A stretch of DNA of 64,000 nucleotides from Felis catus (Eukaryota): positions 49,044,001-49,108,000 of the forward strand of contig NC_058382.1 in the NCBI RefSeq assembly GCF_018350175.1. The letters are read 5' to 3'. Positions 53,044-64,000 of this stretch are shown here, piece by piece. The notes under the pieces were generated by a model, which searched no databases, was not told the DNA's origin, and saw only the letters and a program-made list of their open reading frames with translations. The position numbers and the translations under genes were made by a program. How positions within the stretch are numbered: the first letter of the stretch is position 1; each line of letters opens with the position of its first letter.

Positions 53044-53082
<39 letters not shown>

Positions 53083-54889
53083 AAAAATAAACAAACATCA
53101 AAAAAAAATTAAGAAAAAAACTTCTGGGGAAAAAATTCAGCACTAATTCATTCAGGGACAATTATAAGCTGGTGAAATTCATCTACTTTATATTACAGTA
53201 AGAGTTAATTCCAAATTCCTAAACCACTAAAAATCCGTTTTGTTTTTACTACAAGAAAGCAAAATAGTCCTACAGGAGAAAAGCAAGATGTTAGAAACAA
53301 GCAACAATAAGAACCTATTGATTACTTCATTATTTTATAAAACTTGACTTAATTAGTTCTTCTACTAGAAAGCTTAAAGTCTTTTACTAGGAGACATAAA
53401 CTTTTCTCCACAAAATTGTTTTAGTTTGAGGATAACTCAAGAACTTTAATTTAACAAGTTTTTGTCTGGACCATCTTAGTGTGCAGATTATATACAAAAT
53501 GACTTAAAAGTCTGGAGCCAAGGAGTAAAGTAGAGCTGAAACTAATAGTCTCACTGTATACAGGCTGTTTACATTATACGTAAGACAGTTAAGAACAATT
53601 TGTAAGAACAATTCTAATAGTATGATTTTAATTAACTTAACCGTATTCTCATAAAGAAAATCTCTTCAGATTTTCACTGTTCAGGAATAGTGAAGAACTT
53701 GATCAGTTTGGTATGAGGAAGATTTACCCTTCATACGTTAGTCAGTAGGATGAATTTTTACTAACCAATTCCACTCCTGCTCCATATTCACGTAGTCAGC
53801 AAAACTAGAAGGGCCTTTGTTCTGACAAATCCTTACTGGAAGATTACAAAACTTTTTTTTTTTTTTTTTTAATTTATTTGGAGAGCAAGAGAGAGAGCAC
53901 ACACATGTGTGCATGAACACGGGCAAGGAAGGGGCAGAGAGAAGGAGAGACAGAATCCTAAGCACGCTCTCCACTGTGAGCACAAAGCCCAACTCGGGGC
54001 TTGAACTCATAAACCCTGTGATCATGACGTGAGCCGAGATCAAAAGTCAGAAGCTTAAAGGACTGAGTCACCCAGGCACCCCACAAAACTTTTCCAATTC
54101 TGTAACTACATACTATCAGGTTGTGAGTTTCATTTTATTTTTAGGGATCTATATTTACTGGATATTCATTTTACTATACAATAATTTAGATGAAGTAAAG
54201 CAGTAAGACTCCCAATTAAGGCAAATTTTAATCATAGAGGTTTTTAGGTACTAAAATAGGCAGGAAGTTCTGTTTGGGTCTAGAAAACAACCAGACTATA
54301 TGCTGATCTAAGAGGGTGTGACTGGATGGTGAATACAATTTGAAGATACTGGTAGACCAAAACTTTGTGCACAGTTAATTAAGACACTATTCCAGGTTTG
54401 AACACTGTAGGAAAACAGATGAAACGCTTGAGTGACGAGTTTTAAAATTTAACAGATAACAGGAAGCAAAGAAGGCTGATGATCTTGGTCAGAAGACTGT
54501 ATCCCGAAAGCATCATTAAAGTCTAGTGCAGCTATCTAGAAGCAGTCAGCTTGGTGACTTGATAGAAACTGTCCTCTCTTGAGCCTGGACCTTTAATCAG
54601 TTTCCCCTATACTAAAGGGGAAGTAAAATGAATCCTTTTTAGAAGATATACTAGTTATTTGGAAAGAACATATACTAAATAAAGAACATTTTAAAACAGT
54701 AGATACATACTAATTTAAATAAAGCAGTAAAACAACAGAACCCTGGTAGTTAAAAAATTTAAATACGTGCATTTTGATTTACAGATGGTCCTCAACTTTC
54801 AGTCTGATTTTCATACATTATCTACTTAGATACCGAAGAGACTTTTAAATGTTGACCTCCTATTTTGTATTTACCATCTCACAAACTTT

Positions 54890-56380
54890 TTTTTTTAATG
54901 CAAGGGATATAAATTGCAATTTTTACTTTTGAGTACAGTTGACATAGTGTTACATTATTTTCAGATGAACAACCTAATGATTCAACAAGTTTATACATTA
55001 TGCTATATTCACCACAAGTGTAGCTACCACCTGTCACAATACATCACTACTATAGTATCACTGACTACGCTCCTTACGCTGTTCTCTTTATCCCCATGAC
55101 TCCATACTAGAAACCTATTATCTCCCTCTCCCTTTCATCCATTTTGCCCATTCCTTCACTCTCTCACGTCTGGCAACCATCAGTTTGTTCTCCGTATTTA
55201 TAGGTGTGATTCTGCTTGTGTTTGTTTATTCATTTGTTTGTTTTTTAGATACTACAAGAGTGAAATCAAATGGCATTTCCCTTATTCAGTCTCAGCATAA
55301 TACATAGCATAACACACTCTAGATCTATCCATGTTGTCTCAAATGGCATGATCTCATCATTTTTTATGGCTGTGAAATATCCCATTGTATATAAATATCA
55401 CATCTTCCACATCCATTTGTCTATCAGTGGACACTTAGGTTGCTTCTATATCTTAGCTATTGTAAATAATGATGCAATAAACATAGGAGTGCATATAACT
55501 TCTGGGGCACCTGGGTGGCTTAGTTAAGTGTCCGACTCTTGATTTCTGCTCAGGTCATGATCTTGTAGTTCGTGGGCTCTGTGCTAAAAGGACAGAGCCT
55601 GCTTGAGATTCTCTCCCCCTCTTTCCCTGGCCTTCCCCTGCTCTCTCACGCACTCTCAAAATAAGTAAATAAACTTAAAAAAAAAAAAAAAGAGTGTATC
55701 TATCTTTCCAAATTAGTGTTTCATTTTCTTTAGGTAAATACCCAATAGTGGAATTATTATGTCATATGTTATTTCTATTTTTAATTTTTGGAGGAACATC
55801 CATACTGCTTTCCATAGTAGCTGCACCAATTTGCATTCTCAACAATAAAAATGCATGAGGGTTCCTTTTCTCCATATGTTTGCTAACACTTGTTATTTCT
55901 TGTCTTTTTTTAATTTAGCCACTCTACCAGATGTAAAGGGATATCTTGTCCTGGTTTTGATTTGTATTCCCCTGTCAATTAGTAATATTGAGCATCTTTT
56001 CATGTGTCTGTTGGCCATTTGTATGTCTTCTTTGGAAAAATATCTATTCACGTCTTCTACTCTTTTTTTAATCTGTTTTTTGGTGTTATGTAAGTTCTTT
56101 ATATTTTTTGAATATCAATCCCTTATCGGATATATAATTTGCGAATATCTTGTCCTATTCAGTAGGTTGCCTTTTAGTTTTATTGATGGTTTCCTTCACT
56201 GTGCCAAAGCTTTTTTTTTTAAAGAGAGAGAGCAAGAGCAGGGGAGAGGGGCAAAGGAAGAGGGGGAGAGAGGGGGAGGGGGAGAGAGGGGGAGGGAGAG
56301 GGAGGGAGAGGGAGGGAGATGGGGAAGGGAGGGAGGGAGGGAGGGAGGGAGAGGGAGGGAGAGAGAGGGAGAGAGGGAGA

Positions 56381-56429
<49 letters not shown>

Positions 56430-58200
56430 GGAGAATGAATCTTAAATAGGCTCCAAACTCAACACGAAGCCTGATGCAGGGCTCGATCCCATGATCATGG
56501 GATCATGACCTGAGCCAAAATCAAAAGTTGGATGTTCAACCAACTGAGCCACCCAGGCACCCCTTATTTATTTGTTTGTTTGTTTCTATTTTATTCTCTT
56601 TGATGCAATTCTAAGTGATGTTGTTTTCTTAATTTCTTTGCTACTTTCATTGCTAGTGTATATAAATGTTACCAATTTCTGCGTATTAATTTATTATATC
56701 TTGCAACTTACTGAATTCATTTATTACTTCTAGTAGTTTTTTTAGTGAGGTCTTTAGTATTTTCTATGTACAGTATCATGTCATCTGCAAATACTTGACA
56801 GTTTAACTTCCTCTTCACGAATATAAAATCCTCACTTCTTTTTTGTCTGATTGCTGGTGGTTAGGACTGCCAGTATTGCATTGAATAAAAGTAGCGAAAC
56901 TGGACATCCTTCTCTTCTGCCTTGTCTTAGAGACAAAGCTCTCAGTTTTTCCCCATTGAGGATGATGTTAACTACGGATTTTTCATACACAGCCCTTACT
57001 ATGTTTAAGTATGTTCCCTCTAAACCCACTCTGTTGAGAGTTTTCATCATGAATGAATGTTGAATTTTGTCAAATGCTTTATGTTTATGTGCATCTGTTG
57101 AGATAATCATATGGTTTTTATCCTGCATTTTTTGATGTGGTATATCATGTTTATTAATTTGTGAATACTGACCCATCCTTTCAGCCCTGGAATAAATCTC
57201 ATTTGAACATGGTGAATGATCTTTTTAATGTATTTATGTTCCACTGGCTAATACTTTGCTGAGGATTTCTCTATGTTCATTAGAGATATAGATATTGGCC
57301 TAGGTTCTTTTTTTTTTTTTTTTAAGTTTATTTATTTATTTTGAGAGAGACAGAGACAGCAAGGGCAGAGAGAGAGGGAGAGAGAGAAAGAGCATCCCAA
57401 GTAGGCTCCATACTGCCAGCACAGAGCCCAACGTGGAGCTCGAATTCACGAAACCGTGAGATCACGACCTGAGCCAAAACCAAGAGTCAGATGCCTATCT
57501 GACTGAGCCACACAGATGCCCCACTTCTTGGGTTCATCTTGTTTGTTAATACTCTGTGCTGTTTGGACTTAGACATCTAATTCCTTCCCAAGGTTAGGAA
57601 TGTTTTCAGTTACCATTTCTTCAAATAAGTTTTCTACCCCTTTCTCTCTCTTCTTCCTCTTTTGGGACCCCTATCACATGAATGTTTGTTTGCTTGATGT
57701 TGTCCAAAAGATCTGTTAACCTATCTTCATTTTTCAAACTCTTTTCTCTTTGCTGTTCAGCTTGTGTGCTTTCCATTACTCTGGGTTCCAGATCATGGAT
57801 ACATTCTTCTGCATCGCTAATCTTCTGTTGATTCCTTCTAGTGTGTTTTTTATTACTGTGTTCTTCAACTCTAATTGGTTCTTGTTTATTTACTATCTCT
57901 TTAGTGAAGGTATCACTGAGTTCTTCGGCTCTTGTCTCCAGCTTAGTTAGTATCTTTATGATCATTAGTTTAAATTCTTTAACAGGCATATTGCTTACCT
58001 CCATTTCATTTAGTTCTTTTTCTGAAATTCTTTCTTGTTCTTTCTTTTGGAACATATTTCTCTGTCCCTCCATTTTACTTGACTTTCTGTATTTGTTTCT
58101 ACGGATGGGGTGGAGCAGCTACTTCTCCTAAACTTGAAGGAATCGTCTTGTGTATGGTCATCCCCTATGATGACTATGTGTACTTGGTAACTTTTCCAGC
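54890..58200 (-). mobile_element. Internally deleted carnivore L1 with ORF1 and ORF2 (RT) remnants and three SINE insertions
   Basis: ORF 57621-58073 is ORF1-like (LNEMEVSNMPVKEFKLMIIKIL...ISDAEECIHDLE...DNIKQTNIHVIGVP). ORF 56832-57176 is RT-like (KNHMIISTDA..KAFDKIQH...NIILNGEKL...GRREGCPVSLLLFN). 3'UTR at ~54900-55500. Confidence 0.92.
56222..56426. repeat. Expanded GA/GGGA polypurine tract inside a SINE
   Basis: Visible directly; explains the RERE/GG tails of ORFs 55855-56445 and 56150-56449. Confidence 0.9.
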
Positions 58201-58804
58201 TGACAAACTTTTGAGCTACTAAGTGGAGGTACCACCTGCCCACCAATATTTCACCTTAGGCAGTATCACCACTTAAGGTGCACCTTTGTGAAATTATTAG
58301 CATTAGTTGGAATTAGTGGGGAAAGATGGGGGGAGGGCACAAGTGCTAATATTAGCAAAAAGAAGCATCTCTAATTGAACTGATTGCTTTCTGTTCTTAA
58401 GCCAGTTTTCCATGTACTCAATTATGAAGGATGGATAATAAATGAAAGAATGTACACAAATATTTGAACTGTATTACTGAAAACTGTACCTAAAACACCT
58501 GCTTTATAACACGTTTTTAACGTATATGGCTTCCATCCATGTTTCTATGAATACACGTTCATAAATTTGAGTACCTGAGAACCTCACGACATTTTTAGAG
58601 GATGTGAAGAATTTGCTTTTTTTGAGAGGAGGGGCTGTTAAACTTGCTTTCTCTCCCCAGGAATTGAGGACTGTTTTATGTATTAGTTACTTAACTTTGG
58701 CCCTACAGGTACTGGGAAACTAAAGTAGTTAGAAGAAAAGGATGTCCTAAGAGAAGGGCAGATAAAAATATTTAAATCCATCTTCAAAAAGTTAATCTCA
58801 TCTT

Positions 58805-59035
58805 GGGGCGCCTGGGTGGCACAGTCGGTTAAGCGTCCAACTTCAGCCAGGTCACGATCTTGCGGTCCGTGAGTTCGAGCCCCGCATCAGGCTCTGGGCT
58901 GATGGCTCAGAGCCTGGAGCCTGTTTCCGATTCTGTGTCTCCCTCTCTCTCTGTCCCTCCCCCGTTCATGCTCTGTCTCTCTCTGTCCCAAAAATAAATA
59001 AACGTTGAAAAAAAAATTAAAAAAAAATAAAAAAT
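58805..59035 (+). mobile_element. Young felid SINE (SINEC_Fc-type)
   Basis: TSD aaaaagttaatctcatc(t/c)t. Confidence 0.94.
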
Positions 59036-62000
59036 AAAAAGTTAATCTCATCCTAAAATAAAACGAAATTTTAAGCTAATTCTATTATCCATTGTCATTG
59101 TACACCTTCCTTTTACTTTTTAAATTAAGAATCTAACTACAGTTCCCTATTTCTTGCTTCATGTGACTTTTATCATTAAAAATAATCCTCTCTAAACCAT
59201 CTTGAGGTTTTTCTGCTGTTTTTGCTGTTTAAAAAACAACTCTCTCCTCCTTAATGCTTTATCCTCTTTAACCCTCTATTCCTTTTTGGACAGTTTTGGA
59301 CAGTGACATAAGATTATGTACCAACTTGACTAGGCCAGAGTGCCCAAACATTTAGACAAACATTATCCTCATCCAGGATTTGGTTATTTTATTTCTCTAG
59401 CCTCTGTGTCTCTGATGGCTCTGAGAGTTTGGAGGAAGCATGGTCAGGTATTTTGTAGACTATCCCTCAATTTAGGTTTATGTGGTATTTTTCTCACAGG
59501 TTACAGGTTTTGGAGAAGAAGTACCACTTTCAACACGTCATATCAAAGGCATACATGATATAAACATGACATTACTAATGACGCTAACTTTGATCATCTG
59601 GTCAAGGGAGTGTCTACCAGATTTCTCCACTGTAAAATGACTCCCATCCACCTTCCCAGAGCCTACTCTTTGGAAGCAACGAACTAAGCTCAGCCCATAC
59701 TCAAGAGCTAAGCTCTACCTCTAAAGGGGGAAATATCCATATAAATTATTTGCTATTCTATATAGGAACTTGTCTCTTCTTTCCCATTTATTGACTTAAT
59801 AAAATTAATTTCTGTCTCCATGTCAGTTCTCCTTTCAACCATGAATGGCAACAGCATTTTCTCAGTGAGCAACCCCCACATACCCAATGGAACTTTGGGT
59901 TTACTTTGATTCCTTTTACTCCTGCATGTTCTGTATCTTAGTCCTATAACAAGCTCTCCCAAGTCACTTTTCACTGCTGTTCAGACTTAGTCAATATCTT
60001 TTTCTTCTGTCATTGCTTTAATCCAGGCCATCCTCATCTTCTAGACGACTTAAATAAGCTCTGAGCACATCTCATTTTTTTTTTTCCCCTCCATGTGTTT
60101 TTCGGCTCCAATCTGCCTTTCATATCACACAATCATACTGTATGAAAAGAAATGTTTGCAGAGGTAGAAACCGTATTCTTGACTCTAGATTTGTATCTAG
60201 AATATAGAAAGTGCATAATAAATAAATGCTGAGAAGTAGAAAATACAACGATATTTTTCTTCACCACAGTAATCTCCATGGTAGGAATTAAACACAGCCT
60301 GTAAAAAATTAAATAAACAATAGAAATATTTAAATGTTAATTATTTTAAACCTAACATATATTGCCAAGGTGTGAATGAATGTAAATGTACAAGGAGGTA
60401 TGTAAATGTTAGATAAGAAAATATTTAAGGTGTTGCAAAACTATAACTAAGAAGCTAAGGAAAGAAAAATGTCTTTGTCTGGAAAAAGAATGTAGGGAGT
60501 CTAAGAATCCAGACTCCTCAACAGTCTCCCCAAACCTGATGTCCTGACCTTTCTACAGGAGAAAATCCTGACTAAAATGACATATCCTATACCACAGGGA
60601 TCCAATCCTGTCTCTTGACCTGTAAGCAGGAGATAACGTGGTATAGCTTTGCCAACTATTTATTTAACACATGAAATAAAGGACGGTAGGACAGTGGCAA
60701 AACAAAAACAAAAACAGAAAGACAAGGCAGGGAGGGGGGACAAATCTTACTCTTGTTGAGGAAATAAAAGTGTGAGTTTCCCAAATGTCATTTACTTTGC
60801 CTTGCTTTTATAAAATGCTAATAACATTTCTGACTAGAAAGAATTTTAAATTCTTATTTTTTTAATATAGAGAGATATGATTGCATAAAGGCTGAAAACT
60901 GCTTAAATCAGCAAAACACCAGAACTTCATTATTATAAAGTTCTCAAGTTTATTGCTGAGGAATGATTAACAGCTGAGATCTATAATTCATGGTATGAAA
61001 CACGAGTACTGGCTTCTTAGAGTTGCCTTTCAGAGAGAGAGAGAATTTTCTGCCTCCTTTGTTTTGTTTTGTTTTGTTGTTGTTGTTGTTGTTTGGTGGA
61101 AGGAACACAATCATCTGTGTTGTAACATCTATTTCCCTCAGCTCTAGCCTGGCTCACAGTGGTTCAGTGATGTTTGCAACGCCAGCTCGTTAGAATGTGA
61201 AATGAGCCAAGTGGCAGGTATCTCTTTATTCTAATGAAAGAAGTGAATCAAAAACATTAGAGTTTCCTAGGACATAGGACTGATCTTGATTTGGGTCACT
61301 TCGGAAGTAAAACTCCCAAAGACAAAAATCACTGCTTCCAATACTCAAACCCTATTACATACAGTGAGGTCCTGTTTGTCTCTCCCACTTTTAGTCCTAC
61401 TGTGTTCCAGTGGCTTCAGGTGAGACTCATTCCTAAGAAAGTAAATCAAATGATTCCACTCTCAGACTATACATGTGACATTCCTAAGTGTTTCGGGGAC
61501 TCAGACAATAACAAACAATAAAACATTTGCAAATAATGGTGGCACAGATGCAGTAGGGATCAGAGATACTCGGGCTACCTTGCCACCAGGTAGAGGCCAT
61601 GAAGGAAGCCAACCCTGAAGTAGAGGGAAGAGAAAAATGAGTCCAGCTAAGAGGCTGAGCTCCAGTATCTAGCTAACTCCGAAGCCACTGCTGTTCCTTA
61701 TTATAGTTATAAGAAACAAATTCTCTTTTTAGCTTAACCTAGTTTGGAGAGGGCTTCCTGTCACTACAAAAGAGTCACACCCTTAACTGATTTAGTGAGG
61801 AACGTGTACTTACTTAAATGTCACTCAGATAAATCAAAGGTGAAGAAAAAATATTAGAATAATTTTACTACCTTTTATTTCTTTTTTAACTTCTTTCATT
61901 TGAGAGAGGAAAAGAGCACATGTGTGCAAGCACAAGCAGGGGAGGGAAACAGAAGGAGAGAGAATCTCAGGCAGGCTCCATGCTCAGCATAGAGCCTGAG

Positions 62001-63065
62001 GCTGGGCTCAATCTCAAGACCCTGGGATTATGACCGGAGCCAAATTCACGAGTAGGATGCTCAGCCAACTGAGCCACCTAGGTGCCGCACAGAATAATTT
62101 TACTATCTTTAATGTAACCCTGTTTATTTAAAGTTGTAATGACAACACAGTAAAGGTCTCCTTTCAAGAAATCAAATAGTATGATGCATACTATATGCAG
62201 AGTGCAATGAAGTCACTAGTCAAATTTAAGAGGATATGGGAAAAAGAAACATAATACTTTTAAGACATTACAGTTTACTACTCTATACTCCGGCAAATGG
62301 GCCTGTTTAGTTCCTAAATACAATTTCTGTCTAGTATCTCCTAAAAGTAACATGACGTACTTTTGTATCATTTATCTTTCTAATCTCAATGGGATCTCTC
62401 AGCCTACTAAATTATATTTCTCAATAAGGCCTAGAAGAGTTATTAAATTTTCACCTACGTATTTGAAGTCTCATCTGTTTTTTTTAAAAAAAAATTTTTT
62501 TTAACGTTTTATTTATTTTTGAGACAGAGAGAGACAGAGCATGAACCCACAGACCGCGAGATCATGACCTGAGCTGAAGTCAGACGCTCAACTGACTGAG
62601 CCACCGAGGCACCCCTTAACCACATTTTTATATCAATGATCTAGCACCAGTGTTATGAAAATTTGAGCAAGTTCTGTTGCTATACTTGTCTTTTTGTTTA
62701 ATATACATTTTTTGTTTGTTTTTTCTCTCTTGACTCTTGCATCCTTACAGTAGTTGCAGCAGCAACAAAACTCTGAGTTTTGATTGGTTTCATTTCACAA
62801 ACCTATCTCTGAGAAAGCAAATATGATGACTTCTTTCCAGGGGTACTTACATGTCACCACCTTCTGGGTCTTCCAGAGAGGCAGGCATTTTATTTTTAAT
62901 AGTTCTTCAAACCTCATTTGATTTGTTCTGCTGTGAGACTATCATTGAAATACTTTTTAGGATTTCAGCATACTATAGCTGTAGCCAGGGATCTGTTAAT
63001 AGAATTTGTTTAATATTGAGATATAAACTTAGTAGTTTGCCAGGTGCCCATTAAAAAACAGATGA

Positions 63066-63282
63066 GGGGCGCCTGGGTGGCTCAGTCGGTTGGGCGGCCA
63101 ACTTCGGCTCAGGTCACGATCTCGCGGTCCGTGAGTTCGAGCCCCGCGTCGGGCTCTGGGCTGATGGCTCAGAGCCTGGAGCCTGCTTCCAATTCTGTGT
63201 CTCCCTCTCTCTCTGCCCCTCCCCCATTCATGCTCTGTCTCTGTCTCAAAAATAAATAAAAACATTAAAAAAAATTTTTTTA
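63066..63282 (+). mobile_element. Felid SINE
   Basis: CpG-rich near-consensus body with an A tail. Confidence 0.93.
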
Positions 63283-64000
63283 ATGTGGTTAAATGTTTAC
63301 AGCCTAATAAATACTAACACTCTCAATTTTTCAATTCATAGCATTTTGAATTATTCAATGCCTAGAATAACCCCAGTTTGACTTTATAATGACTATCTCA
63401 GCTGACAATGATCCTAGACATAATTCATTGTGTAAAATGTAAACATCAGTGTTGACTTTGATGCATAATAAACCAAAGCACGTTACAAAGCAGAGTTGTC
63501 AAATCACATACGGGGCAAAAATGCCATCCCTTATGGCACAACTACATTAAGTAATTAACTTCTTTTGCCTCTGTTAACCACAAGATTCAGTATGAGAGGG
63601 GACCTAAGTACCAACTCTTAAGCTTCCATTCATCACCACACCAATTTGATTCACCTTCTGCCATGTCTCTGACATACTGCTCTAAAACTCTGTTTTGCTA
63701 CTCAAGACATACCTAATTTGAGACCACTAACACCAAAACCAAGAATCATAGCAACAGTCTACTATAAATGACTAAAATATCTCATCTTCCTGTAATACTT
63801 AAATACCTTAATTCCTAGCTTGTGTAGTCCAGAGCAACATAATAAACCACATTCTTAAAGAGGAGTAGCCAGCAAAGCCACTTGTTTGATATTAAGAAAA
63901 ACTTGTCATTTCCCTAGCTATACCAGTGTGTAAATGTAACAGAAATTGGGTATTTCTTACCCAAATCTTTCTGATTTGTTTTCTTGGAAGGGGAAAATCT

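Larger units (their letters stand above)
15728..64000 (-). other. GLG1: GLG1 first intron (partial, >48 kb; exon 1 outside the window)
   Basis: No sequence encoding the GLG1 N-terminus (signal peptide, Q/G-rich region, ...CLQDVRE) and no CpG island found upstream of the 33-nt exon. Confidence 0.85.

Noticed and set aside
55855..56449. Longest ORF in the track (196 aa)
   Set aside because: Antisense L1 ORF2 sequence running into a GA-rich SINE tract.
5157..63282. tRNA-like A/B-box sequences and recurring MAQSVK.../ERERQS... ORFs
   Set aside because: These are heads and translations of tRNA-derived carnivore SINEs, not tRNA genes or proteins.

Overview
This is mammalian genomic DNA, and the carnivore tRNA-derived SINEs (including young SINEC_Fc-type copies) point to a felid. 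The whole window lies inside GLG1 (Golgi glycoprotein 1 / ESL-1 / MG-160) on the minus strand. Three phase-0 coding exons are present (15695-15727, 4929-5015, 1343-1558), matching exons 2-4 as recalled from the human gene. Everything above 15727 is the large first intron; exon 1 is outside the window. The introns carry roughly 60 SINE copies (only representative ones are listed), L1/L2 fragments, several solo LTRs and microsatellites. Nearly all ORF-track entries are repeat-derived or chance ORFs. The main finding is at ~27.0-29.4 kb (+ strand), a decayed segment the ORF track does not show. Its translation gives colinear motif matches to bornavirus glycoprotein (C-terminal half), matrix protein and the L polymerase N-terminus. 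The order is G-M-L, typical of Carbovirus/Cultervirus rather than Orthobornavirus, so it is a candidate ancient polycistronic endogenous bornavirus-like element. These matches were made by eye against BoDV-1 proteins recalled from memory and need a tBLASTn/HMM check; the locus may already be in published EBL catalogues. Repeat boundaries without TSDs are approximate.
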